Assembly: GCF_000150275.1 (NCBI RefSeq)
Contig: NW_002060947.1
Location: 4,932,267-4,996,266, forward strand
Length of the DNA stretch: 64,000 nucleotides
Direction of reading: 5' to 3'
DNA from: Trichoplax adhaerens
Taxonomy: Eukaryota; Animalia; Placozoa
Shown piece after piece: positions 43,443-57,738 of the stretch. Position 1 is the first letter of the stretch, and the number at the start of each line of letters is the position of its first letter. Position numbers and translations under genes: made by a program. The notes beneath the pieces are model-generated. The model ran no database searches, had not been told where the DNA came from, and saw only the letters and a program-made list of their open reading frames with translations.

Positions 43443-46400
43443 ATGTCGATTAAATGGAATTTAGCTCGTCAGAAAGCGGCTGAAGAAAGTCGTCGATTAT
43501 CTTTTACATCACATATCGATTTAAATGGATTAGATAAAGTCGAACCAAATTTAGTTATCGATATAATACGACGCCCATCTATCCAGAATTATACATCGCT
43601 AAAGAAATTTCTATCCAAATGCAATCGCCGTTGGTTAGAAAAATTTCTCAATATGGACGGAATGGAAGTGCTTCTAGAAACGATGGAAATATTATGTGAT
43701 CAAGGCTGTGCTTCCGTTGCTGATGCTTTTATTCAATTGGAATGCATACTTTGTATAAAAGCAATTTTAAATTCAACAGCTGGCATTGAATACATCACTG
43801 ACTGTAAGCAGGCTTCTCGTTTGATTGCTAAAGGTACTGTAGCTACGATATCTAAAATTTTTATTAGCAATCATCGAAATCGAATTCTTAATATTTCTAT
43901 ATAGTAATAAATGGAATAATCATAAAATCAATCAAATTTATTCTTCTTTATATGCTATTGAGACTAATATAATTGTTCGGTTAAATTTCAAGAACATTTT
44001 AATGATCATTAAAAGTTTATTGGTTATTGATATTGTCAAAAATTAAATCATTATGGCTTATAGGATTCTTTAAGCAATATTTCAGTACAGATTTTATGTT
44101 GTTATTGACATTTTCACACATTAATACATTATTTCTATCAATCAATATTTTTCATCCGCTACGTATTAGTTGTTTACAGTTAGTAATAATTGCGAGAAAA
44201 TGTAATCGCCTTGCTTAGTATCGTTTATAGCAATTCTAAGTTACGTAATCGAGTTTCAAATTTTAGGTAATCTGTGCATTTGTAAATCAAAATCGAATGA
44301 ATATTCTCTATTTAGCTTTAAATTCTGAGAGTGTAATGGTCAGGAAGCAAATTGTTGAAATTTTATCTGCGATCAGCATGTATTCAGCTGAGGGCAGGGA
44401 TGTTGTTATGGAAGCTTTAGAGAACTTTAAAGTAAGCTTGCAACTAAGATCGAAATTGTATGATGATCTTTACTATGTATCAACTCTAATGTTGAACAAT
44501 TATTATGAAATGGGCATAATCAGGTGGATCAACTGCGAAAAAGTCCATATCAAATCATAATTGATGAATTACGAGATGAAAATATCACAGCTTACAAAGC
44601 TACCTTAGTAACATTTGTAAATTGCGTCCTAAGAGGAGAAGAAGATATCGATCGCCGAATTTTGTTAAGAAATGAAATGATAGGTAAAATTTTAATGTAA
44701 ATCCTTAAAAATTAAGTAGCGATAATTATTTAAATCTAAGCCAATTAGAAACTTAGCCAACCATGTAAATAAAGCTGTACAAGTTATACTTCTTAACATT
44801 TTAATGAAATTATCAATCAATGCAGGTTACGGTCTATTAGATGTAATAAATAAATTAAGGTACCGAATTTAATTTACTAACTTAACTGAAATTTGTTTCA
44901 TATAGATTTTTATTATATATCAGTAACAATAGTGTCATGAAAGAAATTTTATATCTGTAGGCTAAATGATGATGACAAGGATCTTGAGATTCAAATTGCA
45001 ACATTTGATGAAGAATTATCAAAAGATGAGCATCAGTTATTGGAACTAATAGATACTCCTAGAGAAGACAGTTTTCCGCATTTTCAACTATTTAATGCTA
45101 TTTTTATAAAGGTTATCCCTAATTCTAGTTTTACGAATGATTGATAATAAATAATAATCTTATCGGAATCGACTTTAATTATGAATTTATAACCATATAC
45201 GTATATGCCTAATTTTTTTCAAATTTGCTTGTGGGTTACATTACAGCTAAGCAGCAACCCAACCTTACTCCATTATTTCAGGAATATTACTTACAATCTT
45301 AACTCAATATCGAATGATGATGTGAACTGTATAGAAGTGTGGAGACTATTGGATAAAGTAATTTATGAGATTGTCCACTTGGAAAAAGTAGAAAATTCTC
45401 AAGGAATTACCAAAAACTACGTAGAAAAATATCGTATTGATAACCGAAGGAAGTCTCAGAGGAAGATTAGTCATAGTCAAACTCAGACAGATTTGATTTT
45501 GGCCCAATTTGGTGTTGACCATTTGCAATCTAAAGAACTTGAAGGTCAGTCATTAAATCTTGAATTACCTGCTTCAGAGGCAAACGATTTGATATCTACC
45601 AGTTCGAGTACCATGGATCGTACTGGTATCCTAAAAGAATTGCCTCCGAATGCTGCATCTACGGCAATTCTTACTGATTTACCCCAAACATCTCTATCTG
45701 TAATACCGGAAACTAAAGAAAATTTGTCATTTTCGGGACCACCACCTCCTCCACCACCTCCGCCGCCACCACCACCACCACCAACACTCGAAATGGCTAC
45801 TCCAGGAGGAATTTTACCTCCTCCTCCTCCACCACCATTACCACCACCTGGAATGCCTGTCCTAGGAGAACCTACACCTCCTCTACCTGGAATGGCTACT
45901 CCAGGAGGACCTATACCTCCTCCACCACCTGGAATAACTGCTTCAGGAGGACCTTTACCCCCTCCACCTGGAATGGCTACTCCAAGAGGACCTATACCTC
46001 CTCCACCTCCTCCACCCCCAGGAATAACTGCTCCAGGAGGACCTTTACCTCCACCACCACCTCCTCCACCGCCTGGAATGACTGCTCCATGTGGATCTTT
46101 ACCTCCTCCACCACCTCCTCCACCACCTGGAATGGCTATTCCAGGAGGAACTTTACCTCCTCCTCCTCCGCCAATGCCAGCTTCATCTGCTTCTAGATCG
46201 GAACAAGGATCTCATATCTACTCGTCAGCATATATTAAGGCTACTACAATAGGATTTGTTTTAAAAAAGCATCCAAGTAAGAAAATGCGTCATTTAAATT
46301 GGACGAAACTAGGTGCAAATTTTATCAGTAACGGTGGTGGGTCCAGCATATGGAGCAAATTATCTCACGAAGTTATAGAACAGCTTAATATTAATTATGA

Positions 46401-49400
46401 AGAAATTGAAGAATTGTTCTGTAAGAAAGATCCAATACCACAAGCGAAGTTGACTACTAAGAAAGCAGAGCCAAGCGTGGTAGGGTATAGATGACTTGAT
46501 CAATTTCAACCTGTAAATTAAGTATAAATATAATTATATTTATTTGCAATCTGATTTTAACCTATAATATTTAGACGAACTACCAATTATTTTGGCATAT
46601 CTAACATAATTCCCAGTATACGAGTACACGGTAGTATACTATAGGTATCGACTTTACTGTAATTGTTCATATTTAACATGTCCCCAGGTATCGCTGCTGG
46701 ATTCCAAACGATCATTCAATATCAATGTGTTTTTACAGCAATTTAAAAAGTAAGTGAAATTACTATAACTCAGGTATTGAGCCTTGCAGACTTGGTAGCT
46801 ATCGCTAAACATTTCTTCGCTCTATGTGTAACAAATTCTTCACAGGTTATCAAACAACAAAATAATTGATATGATACGAAATAACGACAAAGATACTTTT
46901 GGCGTAGAAAAGTTAAAACTTTTACTTAAATTATTACCAAATTCAGAAGAGGTACCTCGCCTGTAAAAAATATTGACTATGTTGCAAGTTACTACAATTA
47001 CGTTTCTAGACGTAAGATTTAAAATATTGATGCAAACTAGCAAATAGATTTATCTACATAAATCGACCACAGGAAAACCAGTATATGAATTTATTTCGTT
47101 ATGAAGCAAGATGTAGTAAAATGTCCAATTAACCAGTAGTCTGTTTATTCAGATAGAAGCTCTACGATCCTTTACTGGAGATCGGAGTAAATTTGCAACT
47201 GCTGAACAATTTTTAAGCCATTTGATCGAACTACCTAGGTAAGTTTAGTTAGATAAATCACCTGTTATTTTTTACTGAAAGGAAAAGTTATGGTTCTAAG
47301 TTACTTCATAATATCGAAATCATAGCTTTTATCATAACTAAAATAATACATAACGTTTTGATCGCTTGAGTATCGTAATAGTAAAATAAAACCATGGCCT
47401 CTTTTAGTGTACACAATGAATTTTAATGCCTTCCGTAACATGCATTTCAAGAATTTTATTTACTAGCCCAGGCATAATTTCAATGCATGTATTTATACTG
47501 AAAGTTACGTAAGCCAAACTTTGTTACCAGTTAATTAATCTTAATTAATCATTTACCCTTTTCTTAAGTTACAAATTGCGAATAGAAGGAATGATACTGA
47601 AGGAAGAATTCGATATTTCAGCCGAATACTTAAAAACTAGTTACGAGACAATCACCAACGCAATTGAAGGCAATCATAAATTAAAAATATTTAGATTCAA
47701 TTGCTTGACTTTAATTCTCTTGTATCACTTTTTGATATTTCATAGACATCTGTCAGCATTCTGTTAGCCTAGGTCAGTTTAATATTATCTAATTAACATT
47801 TTAATAAATAGCAATACATGATAACAATAAGTTGAAAGATGTTTTGGAGATCATATTACACACGGGAAACTTCCTGAATGCAGTAAGTTGTGTGTTTGCA
47901 ATAAGTAATCTAGCATTTGAGATAAAAAAAGGCGAAAAAATTATCAAACTTAATCTTCATCATCCCATTAGGGTAGCTATGCCGGAAATGCTTGTGGTTT
48001 TAAGCTGAATACATTGCTTAAACTTAGTGATACAAGAGCTAACAAGCCGCGAATGACATTCCTCCACTACATAGTCCAGGTATCGCATATACGGCCTTAT
48101 TCAATTAATGCCATACGAGATGAAGGGTTCGTTCCTTTATCTCATTAAACATGCTAGTCACTTTAATCCTGTTTCCATATTTGTTGCATGTTTTTAGTTC
48201 CTGGATGAAAAGGGAATCGTTGACTATTTACCCGATCTGATGGCAAATGTAGAATTAGCTGGCAGGTAATTCAACTATCAGCTCTGAATTATCAATTCCA
48301 CTCAATCCACTTTCTATTAGATACCAATCTTTCCATTAGAGAGAACAAGTACTATTAACTCTGGTTAAATTTAGGTTAACATTGGACAGCCTGGATTTAG
48401 AATTTCAAGACATTTCAAGGAAAATCAATAAACTTGCAGAACAGCTAGAAACAGCACCAGAAGACGTTAAAATTGTTTATCAACAATTTGCTGATGTAAT
48501 TTTGTTCCAAATGGACAAACAATGATATTTTATTTAAAATAATTATCTGATGATTTTAGGCCATATTCTAGCTCATTTAGAATTTACTAGTACTTACATA
48601 GAGAGACATTGATATTTTTAAACCCTAAACGAAAGTTTTACGTCCTCAATGTTAGAATTGTAAGGCAGAATTAGAAGACATTGAAAGTATGAAGGAAGAT
48701 ATTGATCAACGGAAGATCGCCTTGGCTAAGTTTTATTGCGAAGATGTGAATAATTTTAAGCTAGAAGAATGCTTCGGCATATTTAATCGATTTATGCAGA
48801 ATTATAAGAAAGCTAAAGAAGTAAGCACTTAGTAAAACTTGTAACTTTTATTCAGCATTTCTATAAGAGAATCAAACCCACAATGCTGGTATTATGCATA
48901 GTAGGTATATAACTCATCTTTATGGAAATATAGGATAATGATCAGCGCAAAATGCTAGAAGCTAAGAAGGCGAAGCAAAATGAAAGAAAGAAGAACTTAA
49001 AAAATATTGAATCGTCCAAGCGATTAAAGTCCTTGTCGAGTAGAGAGAAGAAATTAGCTAACGAAGAATGTATAATCGACAACTTGCTGCAAGAAATACG
49101 CACTGGAATAGATTTAAAACCACGACCAAGAAGAAAATCACGAGCAAGTTTAACACCAGAAGGGGTATCGGCTTTATTACAAATTGCTCAAATTGAAAAG
49201 GATTTGATGGGAAATTCCCAGGCTTCAAAAAATAATCTATCTAATATAGAAGAAAATAAGGAAGCCCGGATTATTTCTGATAATGCAGCTTTCATTGATA
49301 AGAGTGAGTGCCAGAACGCAAATTCATCTCAATCTGATAGCTCGAACTTTCATCTGACTAATGACCTTAAGCTTGAGCCTCTAGAGAAAGAAACAAATAC

Positions 49401-50463
49401 TGCTATTGCAAGGACGAGTCAAGACTCTAGCTGGTTCCTAGTTGATGAAAGTAAGGAGAAAGTGGGTCTATCGAAATCAGCTTTAAGTTCGATTATTAGT
49501 AAACAACAGCCTGCCCAACCAGGATCACAAAATCAAAAAGTGCTTGCATCCAGTACGGATACAAAGTTGCTAAGGGTAAATTATTTTTCCAACAAAGAAA
49601 GTAGTAAAAATGAGCGGCGGTCATCACAGTGCAATATACTATCAATTGATGACGAGGACGAATTATCCAAGGATTATATAAGTAAAGCAAATAAGATCAA
49701 ATCAAATTCCAGTCTCAATTTATCAACTGAACAAGGTTTAATAGGGGAGAGTCAATCCCTAAAAACTGCAATTAGCCAAGAGTGGATTGGAAGAAAGCCA
49801 ATACAGAGCCCGAGAACAAACCGAAAAACTGATATTGTAAAATGTAAATCACGGAAAAATTGGGAAGGTAAAAGTCTGATAGGAAAAGAAAGTGCAAATA
49901 GCGATGATAAGACTCCAAGGAGAGACGAAGTTTTATCATCGTTCTCATCGGTAGCTAATGACAAGCATATTTTGGATAGAATTACAGCTTTAGACAGGAG
50001 TTGTGATAATACTAGCTATGATACACCTAGAAGCTTAGAGAAGTATCATGAAACTCATACAAAGGAAGAGGAAGAGGTAAATCCAGCTACTATAACCGTC
50101 CAGAATGATAATAGTACTATGCAACTTTCAATCAACGGATCTAATAGCCAGCAGAGCAGCACTCCTAGCCAAAAGCTACGTTGGAAGCAACCTTTTCTGA
50201 GATCGAAAATTTCACCAACATCTCCTAGCAGTAGTTCTCAGTCGGCTACCAATGAGGTAGTCAACGTACCAGGTAGCAGTGGACTATCTGCTCAATCCGT
50301 ATCGGCCTTGCGAGATAATCAAGAAGAAATTAATGAACAGCAGCGCGAACATAAAACGACTTCAATAAGAAGTAAAAAGAAATCAATCTCTTTATTATCT
50401 TTTAGGAGCCTTAGCAAAATATTTGCAGTATCACTATCAAAGGATAGCCATCGTAAAAAGTAG
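43443..50463 (+). CDS. INF2: Inverted formin-2-like protein, paralog B; 16 coding exons
   Basis: Same domain order and intron positions as paralog A: [48 protein letters not shown]1 at about 45740-46175, [88 protein letters not shown]. The terminal exon is 48934-50463. Confidence 0.92.
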
Positions 50464-51964
50464 ATTGTAGTAGGCAAACAAAATTATTACACGAACAGAG
50501 TAATAACTAATTGCAAAATTACAGTATATTAAAGACTAGTGATTGATATTTTGCAAGATAATTTTGGTTATTTCAAAACTAATGGCATAATTACAAAACT
50601 GTAAGTCCTTAAACTCTATCATGTTGAAACGAGCCGAGAAAGTGCAGAAACTAAATATGATGTGGGTATCAGTAATATCGCCATGCCCGATCTATTGAAA
50701 TTCTTTTCGGAATCATTCATGTAAAACATTTTTGCGATATGTCCTTTCGTCTTAATTGATAACTATTCGTAAGTCATACATCTAAACCCTATTCCATTTA
50801 CATCCGAGATTTTATAGATACTCATGTTTGTGAAATACATCACTTCTGATATGATCTAGTCAGAAATTGAGGGCAGTAGGTACTATATAATAATACTATA
50901 ATTAATTCCTAACATTATTTCCAGAATGCTATAAATGAAAGTAGGAAGTTATGCTAGACTAGGTCTTCTGGAATTGTATCGATAGTTATCCTACTGCTTT
51001 TAATAGAACAATTGAAGGGATGATGTTCTAAATTTAATATTAGAGATCTATAATGATTACTTAATTTATTTTTGCTCAGAGGAAGTAAATTCTATCTGTC
51101 GTATTACTTAGGCTATATTAAGTCATAAAGAAGATAAAGATGATGAAAATGTGTTTTACTATTAATATGCAATGCGTATAATTAATAACCAAAAACATCG
51201 GATACATCAGGGTTTCGATGTTGGCAATATCTTTATAATATTCTATCATACATTATCGAAGGTACATTATTACATAATTATAATTCCCGGAGAAATTCTT
51301 GCTATAAAGGAACATTTTGTGTTTTATTGGTGTTGATAATTTAAATGCTATTTCATCAGGTCACAAAATGTGAGCTGCGTGTTTAAGTAACGATCACAGT
51401 TTGATTAAACAATTGATATGTTAAATAAATTGTTCTTACAGTTTTAGGCAGTATAGAAATGGAAAAAAATGCATCACTGAATAGCTAAGCTTATGGATGG
51501 GTAGATGAAATCAAACAGATAATTTCCCTGTAAATCAATTAAGTAGAGAAAGAACGATGACGTAAAATAAGGCTGTTGTTTTAAGTACTTCACCTCGCTC
51601 TCAGCTACTAGCCATCGGCTAGGATAAATATTATAGTTCCCTAATTTAGGATAACAATAGTTCATTTGATTATACGTGTGTATATTCTCGTATAAACTCG
51701 CATAAGGAAGCTTTCATATTATATAGCATAATTCTATAGAGGTCTATCGGCTAGAAGTTTGCATTCTATTATATATAAATTATTCCTAATACGATATATT
51801 CATTATCACATATCTAATAAGATTAAAATAATTTCTGTAAAACTTGAATTATTGGCATTTTGCATGACCTACTTTTATATTAAGAATATGTTAATTTATG
51901 TATTCAGATTGTTTATTTACTGTTTTCTTTACTATAACAGTATTCTTTGCAGTGTAATATGTCG

Positions 51965-54201
51965 CTAATGGTCATTAGAACCAAACATTTTCATATCCAT
52001 GGCGCATCGAAACCCTAAATTTATTGCTGAAGTGTCCGGTGGTGCTGCATTTCGTGCTGCACACCGATATCGGTAACAGTAAGACTAATAATAAGAAGAA
52101 TTGAATATTAGAATTAAATTTTATTATATGCATGACTTAATATACATGAATAGTTAGCAAAGTTAAGGTAGTACTCAAAATGAGAATTAATATGTGCTGT
52201 TTCACGTAGCTAGCCTGATTCTTGTTTTTATGCACACCTTATGACATAAATATGATCCTCCCTTTTGTACCTTCTTAACACCGGAATTAGGACCTTTCTA
52301 TAAAATTAGAAAGGTTGAACTTTGTTAAATAATTTTCTATACCCATAGTTATACATTTCTGTCATGTCTCTAATATCGAGAAAAATCTGATAATATACAG
52401 CTAAGAACAGACATTAATTGTTCTGCTAAATAGTAGTGTAACATATATATATATTTACACTTGACATGGTATGCCTAACTTAATGAGACACTAGCAGTCA
52501 TTCGAATAATTTTAACCGCTACATCAAATACACAAGTTGTGGAATAAAAACCTTTTTATTACCATATTCAAATGGATTATGCTATACCAATTTAGCGAGA
52601 AGGAATTTGTTCAGTCATTTAATGTACAACTTATACGGTACATAATACTAATATATTCTCACCGGATTATTGGAAATATCCTGCCGAGACCTTAATTGTC
52701 CATCTCGTCTACTCCACCAATCATATACCCATTCCCATACATTACCAATAGTGTTATAAATTCCATAAGCATTAGGTAAATAAGAATTGACCTGAAATTC
52801 ATATTAAACAACTGATTTATCTATCATCTGTTAAAAACGTTACTATTAATTCAATTAAAGTCAGTAAAATGCCAACAGAGGACAATTAAGTATTAGCAGA
52901 AAATCATTTAAAATACAAAACTACCGGAGCTGTTCCGATGTATCCATCATCTGCTGTATTTTCTCTAGGAAATTTTCCCTAAATAAAATTATGATGAATA
53001 ACTCAACCTATTAGATCATGGTAGAGGCAGAAATATGCAAGTTATGGCTGAATGATTGCCCCCTTTTAAGTAAGCATATTCTAAACCTACTTGCCAAATA
53101 TTCATTCTATGCTGGCCTTTCGGTATTGGATTATTACCCCATGGAAATAATCTAAGTTATTTTATCAGTTCATAATTTTTAAATTCTAACACATTATAAC
53201 ATTAATGTTTTATATGTTAAATTGACCGGGTAAAGTATAGAATCGCACCTATCATTTAATCCACCTCGAGCTGCATATTCCCATTCTGCCTCAGTAGGTA
53301 AGCGCTTACCAGCCCAATTGCAGTAAGCATTAGCATCATTCCAAGACATATGAACAACGGGATGATCTAAACTGAATATGACAAATTAAATAAGTTTAGT
53401 AACAATCGCAGGTTTAAATTCTATAAGATTATCAATAATTTATCAATATACATGATTAAGGGGTTATTTATGCTTGTCAATGGTCGCAATGGTGTTATCT
53501 TACATGCCATTTATAGATGAATTTAAACCTTCTGGATGATTCCAGTTAGCGTTTTTAGCTAACTTCCACCATGGAGAGTCCACAACCACTTTTTCCTTAG
53601 CATTAATATTACAGTGGAAATAATTAATGAATCATGTTTTTACATAAAAGCTAACAATGCAACGTAATTAGTACACTAGCAGTTCTATATTCAATGTAAG
53701 ATGCGTTACTTGCGATGAACTTGTAGATTTGAGTTTGGGAATTGCGGTAAGAATAAACGAGCTGCCTAACTCTTCGGCCTGACGTAGATATTAATTAATA
53801 TCGTAAAAACAATTATATTGATAAATCTTGATATACGAATTTTCTGATAGAAATAAATTTATGATTGAGCCTAGAACATTGATGTAATGTAAATTTAAAC
53901 ATACTTGCGTTCTATGCCCTGTAGCATGTATAAATTGACGAAATTTCCTGTTGCTAACTTCGTATTTATCAATATAAAAGGGTGATAAGTAGGCACGATA
54001 ACTTGGTCCTTCACTATCGCTTAAAATGGCTATTTTATTAGTACCGACGGTGGTTAGACCTCCAAGTAAGAAAACCATATCATCGGACTGATTAACTGCA
54101 GTATCATAGCTACTAGTAATTTTATTCGTAGATTCTAACCCTAAATTAGCTTGAACCCAAGCAAGCAATATCATTAATGCAATGATATTGTTTCCAGTCA
54201 T
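51965..54201 (-). CDS. SUMF1: Formylglycine-generating enzyme (sulfatase-modifying factor 1), 9 exons; alternative upstream ATG at 54225
   Basis: Signal peptide [18 protein letters not shown], then [13 protein letters not shown]...[55 protein letters not shown], and [20 protein letters not shown]. The last motif carries both catalytic cysteines, which SUMF2 lacks. Ends NLGFRCA...SNDH*. Confidence 0.92.
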
Positions 54202-55227
54202 ATTGCTGTATAGGGTGACTAGCATGACTTTATCATTTAGCTCAAGATGATACGTGCTAAGAAAGCTAAATTCCCTACGCTGAAAGGTGATATAATAATG
54301 TAGGATACAGTAATTTGGTGCTATAGTTCAAGTACAAGCATTAACCGCGTGTATAGTGTAAATAAACAACTGAGTATTCAGAATAGCTGCGAATGCGCAA
54401 TATAACTCTGGCGATTTTTATTCAACTACTTTGTTGTAATTGTATGATCTATCATAAGAATATTTATGCCAAATTTTCAAAATACAATAAGATTTCATTC
54501 TTTATCGTCATATGCCATGCTCGAGGAATCAGTTTACAGAATTAAAGTTATTTATCTAAATTAGTATTCAATAGACACCATAAACCAGAACAAGGCTACA
54601 GCACTGAGTACTGGAAATAATCTATTAGGTCTTCCGTTAATCTACTGTATATTGAAGCATCTGATATTGTAAGCACAAATACCAAATGATACGCGTACTA
54701 TTGGAAAATTAATATATTACCTACACACGATAGCGTATGCCGCTAAGTTTTCAATCTAGATATAATTTGTAAAACATGTGGATTACCACTATTTTAATAT
54801 AAAGAGAGCCACAGAGCAATAGCTTGCGGACAATGACTACTCAATCCAAATTCCTTCACTATTAATATTGGTATCAAAATAGTGCAGTACTATCCATGCC
54901 AATTATTATTCACAATTAAACGAAGTGATCAATGTAATAATCACTGTGCAAAGTAAGCAGTATAAATACCGAACTTACAAGTGTAGTTAGTTTGCATAGG
55001 AAAAATTAATCCTACACTTGTACGATGAGGTAAGATATATTGATCAATAAATTCATGTTAACTACAATAAAACTATATAAGAAATAATATCTTTTCGAAG
55101 GAGGAATTAAATTCATTCCAAGGCCATATATGTCTTGTTCATTGTAACAAATTATAGTGGTACCAAAGGTTGGTTTATTATATCAGTTAGGTAGCTTTAG
55201 CAATCTGCAGAGAAATAACGTAGGATG

Positions 55228-57738
55228 TTAGTCATCCTCAGCTGCCCAATCTTTTACCTCTTTCAAGACATTCATAAGTTCCTCTTCTTTGGAGTTTGGA
55301 GTGATGGAATGCATATATTCCCATTTCTAAATGGTAAACAATTATACAGTTGAAACTATATAACGTATCACAAAATTTTTCTAGTGGGTATTGCACATGT
55401 TCATTCTGTTCATATGAAATAAACTTACAGCTGCTAGAGGCAAAGATGCTAAAATCGATTCAATTCTGGCTTCAGGTGTTGCTAGGCCAAATTTTGTGCC
55501 ACGATCATAGACAAGATTAAATTCCACGTATCTATATCAGTAAAATTATCAGCATTTTATCTTCAAAGACTCTTGACTGCCTAGAATAACTCCAATCGGT
55601 CGTCTATACAAACTAAATACCTTCCTCGACGCAAAAGTTGCCAATGACGTTCGGCGTAGCCATAACCATCATTGACATGCTTCCTTACCATAGGGACATA
55701 AGAAGGAATGACAGCTTCTGCACAGCTCTATACAAATAAAGTTCAAATAGGATTACATAGGCATAATATTTAGCCGCAATAAAGTTACAAATTCAACATC
55801 AATTTAACCTTAACAAATTCGAATGTTCCTTGACTTCCTAATGTATCAAGATCATCAAAAAATATGCCACCAATACCACGATGTTCTTGACGATGTGTAA
55901 TATAGAAATATTTATCACACCAGTTTTTAAATTCTGGGTAAAATTTCGGGTTATGCATATCACAAGCACGTTTTAACGTCTTGTGAAAGTGTTTAGCATC
56001 CTGTTTATGAAATGTTAAGTGTATGGACTTACTTTGCAATGATAAATATTGTCTTTGAAAAGCAATTTATATCGTTATTAAAAGATGATGATCATAAAAC
56101 CTACAGCTACATCTAAATAATAAGGTGTTAAATCGGATCCTCCTCCAAACCACCAGTGCTTTTGACCATCATCATCGATAATTTCAAAATAGCGATAGTT
56201 GAAGTGAAACGTTGGTATCATAGGACTACGCTAAGGTGATTAATTTTTTTAGTATAAAGTCTGTAAGTTACTATTCATTATATTGGAACAAATAATCTAT
56301 TTAAAATTGTCATAGAAGTTTATTTATTTATAGTATTACCGGATGTATAACGCTACTGATACCAGCAGCAAAGAATGGCAATGATTTACCCTTTATATCT
56401 CCTCGCCTATCAAATTTATGTATGTTTACTCAAAATGTATTCAACTTCGGTAGTATTCAATGATAATCCTATGCTATATCGTAAACGAGCGGTAAGTGTC
56501 GATTAACCTGCTTTTCATTCTCTTAATAGCATCTTCTGATAAATTCCCGTGAACAACGGATATAAGAACAGCAGCTTTCTCAAATACAGTTCCATCTTGA
56601 ATTACACAAGAAATACCTCCACCGCCCTATAATCAAGCATTCAAGTTTAGCTTTACAGGGGCTATTCTTTACATCAATTATGTCTAGAGAATTTGACGAC
56701 AGTCAACCTACTTTTTTCCTTAACCATTTATCAACGATAAATTTTTTTTCATCAAATGATTCTAAACTTTTACATAAATCTGCCTAATTATTCGGTAATA
56801 GAGTGTGTCGTTAAAAGTGATTATTGAGTTGAATAACAAAGTCATTATTTATATCCTACTTGGATTTTCATAATCATCAGTTCCATCTTGGTTTTCATGT
56901 CATCTTTAGTCTAGTATTATTTGCGTAAGGCATCAGTTGAATAGCTATGACAACGAAGGACTATGTCCATTAACGATTTAATCAAACCTCCTGTAATTTT
57001 TGTAGATCAGTAACTGGTGTCGTCATAAATTTAGACGTATCAACTTCATCGTTTGTTGCAGCTGCCTGTAAAGTAAAGTATAGTGGATTAGATATCCAAA
57101 AGTCAAGTTGAAGGGTGATACAATACAAGCAAATATTCATCTCCCAAAGGATCTGACTGAGCAACGCCGTTTATTGCCATACCGTTGACAATACTCCCCA
57201 AGCGGCAGCAAGACCTCCACCAACTCCAAGCCAAGATGCTATACCCCTATCGGTAATAATTATATATAATGATACTGTATCAATTCTACAGTAGCTACCG
57301 CAGCTCATGCTTACATAGATGATTAATCGTTAGCATTCGGTAATGATAGGAATAAAGAAGTGATCAGTACAATGAGGCTGAAAGAAGAATCAATAATTTA
57401 TACCGTATCAAATGTCTTGATGTTTTTTGGCTACCTTGTCCAGTAGCGATAAATCGGACTCTGCAATAGTTTGGTAGTACATTTGCACGTTTAATGCCAT
57501 TTACTAAAAAAACATACGGTTAATGAATTCAATATCTCGATGCAAAGGTTGATGCCTCATCTTTGACATTGGATAAGGCATACGATTATAGTGAGGCAAT
57601 GTTGTTCTATAATCTTGTCAACGATGAAGCATGCCCGTGCAAACAACAAGCATGGAGGTTACAAAAGAAAAAAGAATGTACTGTAAGTTTATTGGAAGAA
57701 TAGAAAGACCCACAATAACTGCTGATAGGACGGAGCAT
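55228..57738 (-). CDS. CPOX: Oxygen-dependent coproporphyrinogen-III oxidase, mitochondrial; start codon inferred
   Basis: [121 protein letters not shown]. Small 5' exons (57714-57738, optional 57584-57613, 57404-57503, 57183-57246) give a presequence MLRPISSY... and a hydrophobic sorting segment [19 protein letters not shown]. The 5' end is less certain than the core. Confidence 0.93.
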
